A stretch of DNA of 64,000 bases from Phoronis australis (lineage: Eukaryota; Animalia; Phoronida). Location of the stretch: assembly GCA_002633005.1 (NCBI GenBank), contig NMRA01000276.1, positions 160,172-224,171 on the forward strand, given 5' to 3'. The position numbers and the translations under genes were made by a program. The notes beneath the pieces were generated by a model, which was not told where the DNA came from, did no database searches, and worked only from the letters and a program-made list of their open reading frames with translations. Shown here in pieces: positions 13,120 through 26,500 of the stretch (positions are counted from its first letter, which is position 1; each line of letters begins with the position of its first letter).

Positions 13120-13978
13120 AAGTAGGTCAAGGTGCTCCATATCTGCCTCCATGTAAAACCCACGTCAGCAATTACCCGATTTCAGACTTAAAAGTTAACT
13201 ATAAGACAATTTTGTGTTATATAAATCGTTACCTTAGTCTTTATTTGTAAGTTTGTAATCTTTTTGTCATGAATTATCGCTGATAAATCATTTTTGCAAG
13301 CTTTTTTTAGCGTACGATTTTCCGCCATGCGATCAACTTTCGAAAAAGTGACTCTTGTTCCTTCTATCCAAAAGAGCACTATACTCTCGATTACAAAGTT
13401 AAACATGAAATTTGAACAGAATGTAGTTTAGATGCGTGTGCATCTCTCAAGTTCTTTTTTTAAAGTCAATGCCAAGTTTTCATGGCGAGTTTTCGATCAT
13501 CCGGAAGGCCTAATTTTGATCGGTCAGGAGAGTAATGTTTTTGTTGTTGCGCAATATGCCTCCCGATTTTTAGATGAAGAATTTATCACTCTTTTAATTG
13601 GTAATTATTTCATTTTCAGAAATTCTGTCAAACTGCTGTGCATTAGCACTTTTCAAACAGCAGTCGTTAGTTCACTAAATCGCCGCATGTCAGCACCACG
13701 AGCGGCTACGTTGAAGTTCAATGGCATCGCAAATTCACCGTTCAAAATAAAGTTGTTACATAGAGTTTTTGTCGCGTAAATGATGAAATCCTTCATGCTA
13801 AGAGTGATTTGTTTTCCCAAATGGTCTTTTGTCTACTTTCTGATGTTTTTTGCCATGATACAATCCAAAAGTACATGGGTGACGCAGCTGCACTGAAAAA
13901 AGTGGGTGGCTATAGCCTCCCCCAGCCCCCTGTCAGGCTATGATGTGCTGCCTATGTAGAAGTACTCAGGGGCAGATC
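13120..13978 (+). mobile_element. Internal fragment of the GGTAGGGAGGAC element family (continues at 15148-15285)
   Basis: Matches 23609-24125 and 26000-26438. 15148-15285 matches 26855-26990. Confidence 0.8.
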
Positions 13979-14010
13979 CAGGATTTTTAGATAGGAGGGT
14001 TGCAGGGCAG

Positions 14011-15145
14011 AAGCAAATTACCTGAAATCCTCCATAAGTTTTCCAAGTAGCGTCCCTAAGATTTTTAAGTTCCCGTGGAGTCGGGATCACGACAGGTTTA
14101 AGTACAAATCTGAGCTAGTACATCGTGCCATCTACATGTATGATTGGCGCAATATGAGAAAAATGTCTGGACGAACACACGTTGTTGTCACGTGACGTTT
14201 GTTTTGAAGTTGTCTGCGTTTGTGAATAACTTGTGTGACACTAGGGTTTTCATGCCGTCTTTTGGCCAGACCCACGCAATCTAACGAGCTAGATGTGTAT
14301 TGTGTCTAAAGAAATTTGCACAAGCAGTAGGCCTAAATCAGAGCGTGTATCATTCAGCACTTGCCGGTCTCATGTCGCTAAAAACGGTCGACATTCGTCT
14401 CGGTAAGACCATATTAGTCGCCGTGTGGCTGGATGCGGCGTACGTGACTATCTGACAGTTATTTTTTGGTGTAAGGGTATGTGTATTCACTGTCAGTGGT
14501 CATTTTTTCAGATATTTGGCTTAAAAACACCAATTATGGTTAATCAAACAATTCATCTTAAAAATAACACAAACATTTCTATAGCATTAGAAATTCATTT
14601 CTTGCCGATGCTATGCTACCCATTTCATGAATGTATAGTTCCCGACTAATGTCTTTGATGACAGGTTCATGTATGTAGCGCGCGCTTCCTGGCCATGTGC
14701 TTTTCTGGCCAATATTTTATTAGTCTTCGATTCGCGGTTTTCACGTGTAGGCCTTCAAAGAAATTTGGATTCCAGTTGAAAGCGGGAAATATCTTCAAAG
14801 CAATCCCGTAGACAAGTACACTACTTCTGTTCTGAAAGGCCAGACCATTGGTCCTCGCAATATCAGCAGAACATTTGTGTTTGTTTTGAGGCATGGCAGA
14901 AGTTTGAAGTGTATAGTCACGGCTAAATACCAATATAGCGTGGTCTACAAATTCTGCGCACAATGATTTTTTTCAGGACTGTCGGATATTATTGATAAAT
15001 TGAAGACATTACTGTAGAATAATAGGACTGTAAGTTAGCCATTTTTCGCACGTACACGTTCATGGGCTGGGCACTTATTTTAGCATAGTCTGAAAATGCG
15101 TGGGGGCGCTTATAGGGGCATGGGCGGTTATTACGGCGAATACGG
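14011..15145 (-). mobile_element. Truncated inverted copy of the Tc1/mariner-type element at 16451-17843
   Basis: Ends TTATTACGGCGAATACGG|TA. Reverse complement of ~16451-17510. Confidence 0.85.
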
Positions 15146-16450
15146 TAATTGTCGCGTTTCAACAGCCATTTTCTCTGTAACCGCTCACCCAGTTTTTTCT
15201 GATTTTAGCACTATTTCATTTCTCACACCAAGGGCTTTTCAAAAATGTATGACACATGGGCATTGTAAAAAAAAAATTTAAAAATGTCCAACACTAGATT
15301 TTTACAAGAGTTTAGGCCACAACATTAAGGTAGGTGGATAAACAAAAAAATTAATTTTGACTATTTTTTACATTTTTATATCATCCTAATCTTCAATTCT
15401 TCATGCACAGTATACTGAAGAAAAATAAAACCATTCTGAAAATCCAAAGTTGTTTTTTTAATTATATTTGACCAAGCTCCAGTAAGTCATATGGCTTGAG
15501 TGCTCACCAGCTCAGTGACTGACAAGTGGGGCGGAGCTTATACCAGGACACTAGCTCTAATCTAACCCCGCAACAAACATTGCGTAACCGGGCAATCGAG
15601 AGTGCTGTACCCGCCAGCTGATACTGATGTTGTTGCAAGGCCAAAACCAAAAATAAAATAATTCTATTTTTGACCATGTGAAAGTTGGTGGTGAAATGGT
15701 GAACTAGTTCCTGTTCCAAACCTGAGCCTGTTTATCCATCTGCAAAAAATTAAGTTGAGTACGCCAAGTTCTACCGAAGCCATCACTGCATTCAGCTTGA
15801 GGAGTCAGTTCAGAAGCTATGCGTGTGCAAGAGAAGTCGTAAAGGCGAGGTGACTAGCGAGAGGACGCTAAGCGTCGACGTGGGTGGTGTTGCACGATTC
15901 GATGAGAGTGCATGCACGCGCTGTGAAGACACGCCGCGTATGAGACAACTACATGCCGTCAGGGTAGAGTTTTTGGAGATAAACCGTGCTTCTGTACTAG
16001 GAACGCGCCATGGAGAAACTGGGCTGCCAAACTCAGGGGATTTTTTAACTTGTCGCCGGCAGTAACCCAATGAATTAGAGAAATGACCTAGTGTTCAACA
16101 TAACAAAATTGTTCTTGTGCATAGATTCAAACGTATCCCTGAATTAAAACTCATGATATTATACGATTTTACTGGAAAGCAATATAAGAAAATTTGGCAA
16201 CTTGAGAATCTCACCCAAGCGACGCTATTTGTGTTGAAAGTACTATTTTCTCAACCCAAAATCCATTCGGTCAAAATGTTGGCGGTACAGGTACGTGAAA
16301 ATGTTAAACCATTATGATGAAAATAGTTCTTTATCCTCGTCGCCAATATTGTTATGTAGACAGTAACGCGGCTATTTGATATAACACATATGTTGGTTGA
16401 TGAAAAGATGGTAACTACATATGATATTGGAATACTAACAAATAGGTCTA

Positions 16451-17843
16451 CCGTATTCGCCGTAATAACCGCCCATGCCCCTATAAGCGCCCCCCCCATG
16501 CGTTTTCAGACTTTGCTGAAATAAGCGCCCAGTCCATGAACGTGTACATGCGAACAATGACGTACCTACAGTCCTAAAACTCGGCTACAGTAACGTCTTC
16601 AATTTATCAAAAAAAAATTTGCACGGGTCTTCTAGACCACCAGCGGCACTGCTAGTTTGTATTTAGCCGTGACTTTACACTTCAAGGTAACGCAGCGCTT
16701 CAAAAAGAACGCAACATCGTTGCTACTCGCGCGACAAATGTGTCCCACTATGGTATGACCTTTCAGTAGACACATCGACTGTCTCATGAATAAAAATAAC
16801 TCGGTGTTAAACGCACGTGGCCAGGAAGCGCGCGCTACATACATGAACCTGTCATCAAAGACATTAGCCGCGAACTATCCATTCATGAAACGGGTAGCAT
16901 AGCATCGATAAGAAATGAATATTGGCACTAATTTCTGAGTTTCTAATACTATAAAACATGTTTGCGTTATTTTTGACATGGATTGTTTGATAATTGGTGT
17001 TTTAGCCGAATATCAGATAAAATGACAACTGACATTGAATGCTTACACACCCTTACACCGAAAAATAACCGTCAGATAGTTACGTACGCATCCGGCTACA
17101 CGGCGACTAATATGGGCCTTACCGAGACAAATGTCGAAAGTTTTTAGCACGAGACCGGCAAGTGCTGAATGAAGCACGCTTTGGTTTAGGCCTACTGCTT
17201 GTGCAGATTTCTTTAGACACATCTAGCTAGTTAGATTACGTTGCTCTGGCCAAAAGACGGTCTCTGCTTTGGCAAATGAACTCTAGTGACACGCACGCGC
17301 TCGCTTACTCGCAGACGAACTTCAAAACAAACGTCACGTGACAACAACATGTGTGTTCGTTCAGACATTTTTCTCGCCGTTTTGCCGATCATACATGTAG
17401 ATGGCACGATGTTGCACAGATTTGTACTTAAACCTGCCGTTAATCTAGACTCCATGGGAACTTAGAGACGCTACTTATAAAACTTAATGAGGATTTCAGG
17501 TAATTTGCTTGAGTCGAAACCATTTTTATTCAAGCATTGAAGTCGCCATATTGAAGACGGCGATTTCGAGGCAGTCAGTCGGCGAGTTTTCGCCCTGGGA
17601 TTTCAGCACAATTTTCTGTAAAATTATCGTAATTTAGCAGCAAAGTTTGATAACAAGGCACCGCAGTTTTGTTAAAAGTCTTTCATAGATTACATATACG
17701 TCACAGAGCGTAAATTTGATGAATCTTAGCTTCCGATTTCACCCGTTTTGGAGACCGGGTTTCAACCGCCTTGGGTTATAGTAAGCGCCCCCCCTGAACC
17801 GAACTTTTCTAAGTGCCCTGGGCGCTTATTACGGCGAATACGG
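16451..17843 (+). mobile_element. Non-autonomous Tc1/mariner (pogo-like) element, TA TSD
   Basis: TA|CCGTATTCGCCGTAATAA ... TTATTACGGCGAATACGG|TA. Subterminal TAAGCGCCC repeats. No long ORF. Confidence 0.88.
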
Positions 17844-17926
17844 TATTCAATACAGTTAGAGAGTCTTTTACCACTCTGAGTGGAGAGTTCAGATGAGTCG
17901 CATAAACAATCAACACATGGTTTTAA

Positions 17927-19579
17927 AGGTGCATGCCACCCAAAAAACAACCTAATTTGTATCAATTTAGATCCATAACGACACGTACGGTTGCGTTACC
18001 TGACACCCGACAGCAGACGGAGGTGTCGAAATTATCCAATGACGTCATTGGTTTCACACGCAGTCTGTTCAGCAGTTCACAACACGGGTTACTGATGTCA
18101 GCTTATCGCTTGAATTCATCGTTTAACACCGATAAATCATCAAACTTCGATGTAAAACCCTTGAAAATACACAGAGTTCCTATAAAAACGTGTTGTTTTA
18201 TTTCGCTCCTATGGATTTATTGGTATTTGGACGCACCGTAGCCCTCGAAGTTTGGCAGGCCAATAAGGTCCGTAGCAGGAGTTTGGGATCTGTTCGGAGA
18301 TAATTTTGAAGTATTTTCCGTGAGATACAGACAGGAGAACCTAGATCTGTGTTGATTTTTTTGAGTTCTAACCGCAAAACGCTTGTTATCCTGGCCAGTG
18401 GGTCGGAGCCCGATCAGGCCCGTCGTGGCTGGCCGGAGTTGACTCCGCCGTTATCCCGGCCAGTGGCTGGGAAACTGATCAAACATCACGAACATAAACC
18501 AGACAAAGTTCAGTGGAAACTAAACTTCCAGTCAAGAAAATACTATACTAGTGAGCCAAAGTAATGCGCACGTGATTATGTTGGTGAATCAGCCACGAAA
18601 CTGCAAATCTACTTAGGCCTACTCGTCGGGGGCCGCGAATTCAGGTTCCGCTTTGGCCACCCGTCAGGGCAGAGGTTGTACATTGACAATCATTATTTGA
18701 GTAATGGAAATGTAAATAAAGATTCCTCTAACACCAGGCCGTGGGATGGAAATGGAGTTGTTTCACAACAGTCTCTGCCAGCAAACACTAAATTAGCATG
18801 AGCTCACACGGCCTCGGTGTCCCATCAATTAGTTTTATTGCACCTAAAGCCGGTAACGCAGTGATTTATTCATTGCTGGCTTCTCAAATCATTTGCACTC
18901 ATATACACTCCAAAGACATAACAAATTGCATCTAATGAGACAGACTTTGTTTCAGTTTTATATAAGTATTGGTTAGGATGAGAATAATTCATTTTGAAAC
19001 AGAACGTTCAGTAATAAATGCAAACACGGCAACTCGCAATCCCGACTTAGGACGAACTAGAGCTCATCAGTCCCGACTTCGCTGGTGGATCGTTAAGTTT
19101 TACAGGCAATCAACAGGAATACAGTGATGAAGAAATACTAGAGAGGCGCCGTGAACAAGATCAGACAACGGAACGTATGGAGTTATTTGGTAAGCCAGCA
19201 TTCGTCAGGCACTGTCGACGTGTGCAGGCCACAGACACGGAGATGTTTCACGGCCTTATACTTGCTATTTACAGCGTACATTTCATTCTTCACTACCATG
19301 AGCCAGTTCCTAAGCATTTCAGACTCTCGAGGAAGTAAAAAACCGACATACCCGCTTTCCTCGCAGCTGCTTAGTTTGGACAAGCGGGAACGATGCACCG
19401 CAACGTAGTGGCATTCACTCTGCATATGAACCACTGACGTCGCTAGCGTCATTTCTCACCTTCTTCACAGGTTAACGCGACACCTCTTGGCAACGTAAGG
19501 TCGACCGTATGCGAGGCGATGTGGACATAGACCGATTAAGACGGCAAAAAAGACTAAAGAAATCGGGTGGCATTCTCCT
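17927..19579 (-). mobile_element. Old degenerate Kolobok-like element with THAP remnant
   Basis: TTAA|AGGTGCATGCCACCC ... GGGTGGCATTCTCCT|TCAA. The minus-strand ORF 19183-19452 has WLMVVKNEMYAVNSKYKAVKHLRVCGLH, similar to WLVRVKNAALPVHATYKAVENYRVCGKH of the Kolobok THAP at 48473-49567. Confidence 0.6.
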
Positions 19580-20551
19580 TCAATGTGTGGTCGGCACACC
19601 AGTACAGCAGACAATAGATCAACGCTAAGCTCCGCCCACGTGACAGTCATATTTGTTTTGGTCGTCTGTCATGCTCCACAAGTTCGCAAAAATGATTAAA
19701 ATTACGCTATAAACAAACAGGTATGTCACATTTTCTAAACATGAAGTAAATATCAGCCTCATTTCAAGTACATCAACGAAAATTGGAACAGAATGACCAC
19801 GCACTCTGAACGAATTTTGACCTCAAGTAGCAATCGAAGCCCGCTTAACTTCAAAGCCGTTTTTCTCGGCTCATGATTTCACGTTAGTGACAAGATTCTC
19901 GGGCCTATTTTTCTGCAACATGTGGGTCAATTTTTACGAAATTTGCAAATTTGAAATCCTCTAGGACTGAAGCAAAATCGCGTGCCAGGGTTTTTTGATA
20001 CATGAACCAGATTTTTAGTTATTAGACGGAAAGTGACCAAATGACAGAAAGTGGCGTGCTTGCCCCAACTCACACGCAAAAAAGCCACAAAATCAAGATC
20101 ATAATGATTGTGTACATATATTTGGTATGTATAAGTAGAATATTACATAAGGAAACAGTTGATGATAATTCCTGTACATTTTGAAAAAAAAATTGAGGTA
20201 AAATTGGATTTTTTGAAAAATAAAAAATACAATTTAAAAAAAAACGAACAACAATAAAAACTTTTTCTTTCGATTTTTGTCACTTTCAGAGTCATTTCTA
20301 ACTAGTTAAAAACCCCTTTATACTTATTTTAGATAAGAACCTGGAGATTTGATCAGTGTATACACCTAACTTACGTAGATGAACGAAATCTCAGATAATA
20401 CATTCTGTCGCCTGGAAGTTATAGAATGATTGGCGCAGTTCGAAGCAATCCAGAGGACATGGGCCAACATGGTGGACGTATTTAAAAACTTCTGAAGCTA
20501 GACACATCATTAGATGAGCCACCAACAGTGATAATGACATGGAAGGCATGG

Positions 20552-22914
20552 CAGGGCTCGACATAACGAGCTGGAGGTCGCATTTGCGACCTGAAATTTG
20601 GAAATGCGAGCTGAGATTTTTGTCAGCTCGTATCAACTCGCAAAATGCGACCTGGAATTTTCAACGTATGCGAGCTGAGTTTTTACACTTCTCGACAGAT
20701 ACCTGGCAAATATAAAGCAACTCTTGAGAATCCGACCGTTATTTGGTTGTTGCCAAATCCAAGTTCAAAAGAACACTGAGCGAGAACAACTTTCCCGACG
20801 ACTTGTAAACAAGTCGCGTGAACATGGGATATGCAGAATCGATCTTTGACGCATTTCATTGGCTAACATTTTCGGCTACTTTTGTGAATTTTCGGATTCG
20901 TCGAAGAAAGTTTCGGGCCACTGCATAACACGTGAGAAAACGTCACAAAACAGCGGTGTTTCTATTCTTAAGTGATCAACTTACCAAACTTTGTGATGGA
21001 GAAATTTGTTTATTTTTCGTGTAAGATGTCCTTATTACATGTACCAAATATCCACGACAATATATTCCTGATATCGCACTGTGGCACTGGTCGTGACTTA
21101 GAGATGTGCGTCTCCTTTTTTTTATCGCATAAGACAGCCAAAGTGAAAATCTCAACTCTATTAATCGCCAAACGACGGCCACGTCTTTACTTTCAGTTGC
21201 CTAGAAATTCTCTAAACCTTTATTTGTTTCTCGGGCTACGTGCGTGAAATATGATTTGTCATTCACACGTTGTTGCCAACGTAAAGTGTAGGCCTACTCC
21301 AGCGATTCAAGTGCATGAACTCGCGCGTGCGCACCACTTCCAAGCTGCACATCAAAAGAGAACAGTGACAGTCCTAAATGAAAGGGTATACCGGCTTGGC
21401 TCTGTTAAGCACCCGCGTACGTGCCAGTGGTTTATTTGAATATGAACTCATAGATTCCCGGCGGTTATAAAAGACGCGATGCTTTACGACATTCCCTGGT
21501 ACCGATATAACCCAGAACTGATATTTTCCTGTGACGATGCATGCACCCACCCAGCCTTCAATATGGGGGGGCTCGTATTCCTAATGTTGTGGACCTTTTG
21601 GTAACAAAACAGCCGGCGGACTAAAAAAAAGCGGACGCACCATTCTGAATTACACGTTTGTATTTGTTTAGTGGACTTTTGTCTCATTTTCTCGGACATT
21701 ATGTTTCTCACAGGCGGATCTTTATGCCCACTTCGCCAAATGGGGGGCTCCTTCAAGCCCACTGAGCCCCCCTGGGTGCAAGCATGCGATGCTTCCCGAG
21801 GTCGATGTTCCCTATATTCTATTCCCACAGCCAGCTATTGCAACTAACCGGGTACTAGAGGCTAACGACTGTGCTCACGCACAAGTCTACTCCCTACCTT
21901 TGAAGTGTTTCATAATAAGTGCTCACTGACCTACTAGGTGTTCCCCCTCAACTTTTGAGAATTTCCAATTAAGCGCCCACATTTCAGGTTAGCGCTCATC
22001 ACAGCATACTACAAACGACCGCGCGTGGTTTAAAAGTGACACGCAGCCTGTATAGAGTGTTACTCTAATTTTACACAACAAATTCAAAAAACGTCTTTTC
22101 TCAATATGTAAAAACCAAATCCCGGCTTTGTTTCATAACTCCGAAAGAAATTTAACACTAGTGACATGCGTGTCATTTTGTGACTGACCTATTTTTCCCG
22201 CACTTGGAAGGTATTGAGGAGCAAACTCGAGTTAACCGATGGAAACCTGCACGGAGTCGGGAATTATTTCGAAGCTATTCATTTCATGGAAAACTAATTG
22301 TTGAGTACACAAACAGCATAAGTGTCACATTTTTGTTGTGAAATTTGCACTGAATTGTTCCCGTGCATTCAAATACGTCATTTGGTTAGAGCACCGTTAT
22401 ACGGATTGTTTTTTGACAGATGTTTTTCAAACGTCGAGTTATGTTGTAAAATTTGGGCTGCGAACAAAAAGTGGAGGGAATTAGCACTCCGAGTTAGTTT
22501 GGATCTTTAACGAGTTTGATGACACCCAGTAGCAGGTGAGAACTAACAAAATCGTGGATACTTTTTCAACGGGCATTTTCTCCCTTTTCCCCTTTTCACA
22601 TTGAAAACTTAGCTACTCGAATGCACGTTTCAGTTAGAGAGCACTGATTCAACTTTCACGTCGACTACTTGCCATGCGCTCTAGATTCTTTCACTGGCGG
22701 TCGTGAACAACAGTAGCACCGTACCTGCATAAACGAACTCAATTTTGCAATCTGCAATTTGTGAGTGTTTTACGCATACATTTCTCGATTATCTAAAAAG
22801 TCAATTTTGGCGCGTAAATATGGCAAGAATGTGGCCTGGATTTTGAAAATCCGACCTGGAATATTGGCTAGATCGCAAATTGCGACCTGGCGATTTTAAT
22901 AGCGTGGAGCCCAG
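20552..22914 (+). mobile_element. Full-length ~2.36-kb non-autonomous DNA transposon, CAGGGCTC termini, 5-bp TSD (hAT5-like)
   Basis: CATGG|CAGGGCTC ... GAGCCCAG|CATGG. Second copy at 10751-13119. Ends 67 bp from the NEURL4 exon 1 donor. Confidence 0.8.
21540..21786 (-). mobile_element. ~250-bp MITE (CATGCGCGCACCCA family), 5-bp TSD CGATG, nested in the 2.36-kb element
   Basis: CGATG|CATGCACCCACCCAG ... CTGGGTGCAAGCATG|CGATG. Absent from the paralogous copy near 11640. Confidence 0.85.
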
Positions 22915-22981
22915 CATGGAACAGAGTTTGCCCTTGGCTATGGCTAAACTACAAAATAAGAAGTATTACTGATCTACAGAC

Positions 22982-23143
22982 CTTTCTGTCAATTCTGACT
23001 TCAAAAAGCTGGTTGTCTCCTAATGGGGTGTCAGTCATTACTACTCCATTGTTAAATTCTTGTGCTGGCTCACTTCGGAGTGCTGTCCTGTTATTATTAC
23101 TCAGAGTGACAAGTGAACCAGTCCGTGAGTGAAAGCTCAACAT
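22982..23143 (-). CDS. NEURL4: Neuralized-like protein 4, coding exon 1
   Basis: ATG at 23143. [54 protein letters not shown] then GT donor (GTCTGT) at 22981. Joins phase 0 to [11 protein letters not shown], giving the NHR signature [17 protein letters not shown]. Confidence 0.93.
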
Positions 23144-23380
23144 CGTCAAAATGCACTAGCCCTGGAGAATCGTTGACACGGTGTCAAATAAACGTTGTAA
23201 TGATAAATGCTAAAATCTGTCGCTCTAAAAAGTAATAAAAAGCTGTTTAACCGTTGTTTTTATGGTTAGATATCGATATTACTAACTAAATAAATTTTAA
23301 AATATGACAATTATCATTTGAAAACTTTTCATACCGTATGTAACAAAGTTGAAGAGTGTATTCGTTTTGTTTTCATCAAT
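23144..23380. promoter_or_regulatory. Putative bidirectional promoter plus 5' UTRs between NEURL4 and MFSD9
   Basis: Divergent start codons 237 bp apart, AT-rich centre, no recognisable repeat. Confidence 0.7.
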
Positions 23381-23446
23381 ATGGCCACTTCGATGAAAAA
23401 CAGAGGCTTCGCAACGACAAATGTTTTATACGTTGTGGCGTTTCTG
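23381..23446 (+). CDS. MFSD9: MFS transporter MFSD9-like, exon 1
   Basis: AATATGG start context. MATSMKNRGFATTNVLYVVAFL followed by GTAAGT donor. Joins exon 2 to give LYVVAFLDFFGVSLIVP (TM1). Confidence 0.85.
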
Positions 23447-23590
23447 GTAAGTGTGTACTGCGAGAAATTGCTCAAAGTTAATATTTTCAATGTCCAGATA
23501 CAGCGATCTCTTATTTAGAGAGGGAAAGCGTCCCAGATTACAGTAAAGACGGTGGCAATCCAATACCAGGCATATACTCGGGAACCCAAT

Positions 23591-26500
23591 GGTAGGGAGG
23601 ACAATCAAAAAGTAGGTCACGGTGCTCCATATCTGCCTCCGTGTAAAACCCACGTCGGTAAATTACCCGATTTCAGACTTCAAAGTTAACTATAATACAA
23701 TTTTGTGTTATAAATCGTTACCTTAGTCTTTATTTGTAAGTTTGTAATCTTTTTGTATCAAAATAGCGCTGATAAATCATTTTTTGTAAGCTTTTTTTAG
23801 CGCACGATTTTCCGCCATGCGATCAACTTTCGAAAAAGTACCTCTTGTTCCTCCTATCCAAAAGAGCACTATACTCTCGAATACAAACATGAAATTTGGA
23901 CAGGATGTAGTTTAGATGCGTGCGCATCTCCTCAAGTTGTTTTCTTGAAGTCAAGGCCAAGTTTTCATGGCGAGTTTTCGATCGTCCGGAAGGCCTAATT
24001 TTGGTCGGTCGGGAGATTGATGTTTTTCCAGTTGCGCAATATGCCCCCCCGATTTTTAGATGAGGAATTTATCACTCTTTTAATTGGTAATTATTTAATT
24101 TTCAGAAATTCTGTCAAACTGCTGCNNNNNNNNNNNNNNNNNNNNNNNNNNNNNNNNNNNNNNNNNNNNNNNNNNNNNNNNNNNNNNNNNNNNNNNNNNN
24201 NNNNNNNNNNNNNNNNNNNNNNNNNNNNNNNNNNNNNNNNNNNNNNNNNNNNNNNNNNNNNNNNNNNNNNNNNNNNNNNNNNNNNNNNNNNNNNNNNNNN
24301 NNNNNNNNNNNNNNNNNNNNNNNNNNNNNNNNNNNNNNNNNNNNNNNNNNNNNNNNNNNNNNNNNNNNNNNNNNNNNNNNNNNNNNNNNNNNNNNNNNNN
24401 NNNNNNNNNNNNNNNNNNNNNNNNNNNNNNNNNNNNNNNNNNNNNNNNNNNNNNNNNNNNNNNNNNNNNNNNNNNNNNNNNNNNNNNNNNNNNNNNNNNN
24501 NNNNNNNNNNNNNNNNNNNNNNNNNNNNNNNNNNNNNNNNNNNNNNNNNNNNNNNNNNNNNNNNNNNNNNNNNNNNNNNNNNNNNNNNNNNNNNNNNNNN
24601 NNNNNNNNNNNNNNNNNNNNNNNNNNNNNNNNNNNNNNNNNNNNNNNNNNNNNNNNNNNNNNNNNNNNNNNNNNNNNNNNNNNNNNNNNNNNNNNNNNNN
24701 NNNNNNNNNNNNNNNNNNNNNNNNNNNNNNNNNNNNNNNNNNNNNNNNNNNNNNNNNNNNNNNNNNNNNNNNNNNNNNNNNNNNNNNNNNNNNNNNNNNN
24801 NNNNNNNNNNNNNNNNNNNNNNNNNNNNNNNNNNNNNNNNNNNNNNNNNNNNNNNNTATTTATTTATTTATTATGTCCGTGTAGTTGGGGAGTTTAGGCT
24901 TAGGCAGTGTTTTGGTTATGTCACTGGACACCATTTCATTGAGCTAATACTTTCTCCCTACAACTAGAGCCCCTATTTATTATCTATCCCTAGTGCTTGG
25001 TTAACCTGGGTGCGGTACTTCCATGTCCGTCCCAGTTGCCAGGAGGCCTATGTTTAATGGAGGGTCAGTCACAGTTCTCTGTGAACCTGTCCATTTTAGG
25101 TCTGCGTCCAAGGCGTTCCCTTTGGGTTGGAATATGTCTGCCCGGCCTCCACCCAAAGCACGTCAAAATGTACTAGTGCAATTAAGGGTGGCATGCGTGT
25201 ATCATGGTAGTGCAGGGTTTATTTTGAGAACTCCACTAGAAATGCACGTGTCCTATACCCTTTTGCAACTATAAGTCCGGGGAGTCTCCCTAGCGAGAAC
25301 TTTTTCCGTTAGGTGACTGCTCTCCCGCCCTGGGGGGTGGGTTGGGATCCTGCTAGGTTTTCTCTTTATAAGTTACTTCATGTGTTTGGGATGTGCTGGC
25401 ATTGTGAACTCTTTTTATTATTTTTGGCACTTCTATATTTAACCTGTGTGCGTTATTCTCTGCTTCTAGGGGAACTGTCCTTGTCATTCTAACACTCTAG
25501 GTCTATTTAGCAGTGGCTTTATTTTTGGTAAGGGGGGATATGGTTAATTTTTTGGGAAGTTTTTTGTATCTGGCGCATGATGTTGATTCCCAGGTGGGTC
25601 CCACACTTTTTAGGGAGGAGGGGAATGTTGTAATCGTCAACATCATTCGTCCTTTATCTTTCTGTGGTGTCTTGTGATTTGTCAGTTTTATGGTTCCCCG
25701 GATGCTTGTTTTATTTAAACTGCTGGCGGGAACCCTGCTGGCAGTCTTTCAGCAAACAATCAGGATGTCAGGGATGGGCACCTGGATTGGGTTTTACTGA
25801 AGCTTGAGTAGCTGTGTTTTAACTGGTGAGTACTTCTAGAGGCCTAGCTAGTGAACCTGCAGTAATACAACATTTGTAATCATTTTGTCTCAAATTATCG
25901 CTCATAAATCATTTTTTGTAAGCTTTTTTTAGCGCACGATTTTCCGCCATGCGATCAAGTTTCGAAAAAGTACCTCTTGTTCCTCCTATCCAAAAGAGCA
26001 GTTGCGCGATATGCCCCCCCGATTTTTAAATGAGGAATTTATCACTCTTTTAATTGGTAATTATTTCATTTTCAGAAATTCTGTCAAAATGCTGCGCATT
26101 GGCACTTTTCAAACAGCAGTCGTTAGTTCACTAAGTCGCCGCATGTGAGCGCCACCAGCGGCTACGTTGAAGTTCAATGGCATCGCAACTTCACCGTTCG
26201 AAACAAAGTTGTTACAAAGTTTTTGTTGCGTAAATGATGAAATCCTTCATGTTAAGAGTGATTTGTTTTCCCAAATGGTCTTTTGTCTACTTTCTGATGT
26301 TTTTTGCCATGATACGATCTAATAGTACATGGGTGGCACCCAGCACTGAAAAAAGTGGGGGAGCTATAGCAGGCTCCCCCAGCCCCCTGTCACTGTCGGG
26401 CAATGATGTGTTGCCCATGTAGTAGTATTCAGGGGCAGAGTATTACGCGGGATTTTACCCGTAAGATATTTGCACCCTCAAACTGCCAAATGAAATATGG

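Noticed and set aside
24017-24967. 316-aa ORF
   Set aside because: Artefact of translating through the N gap
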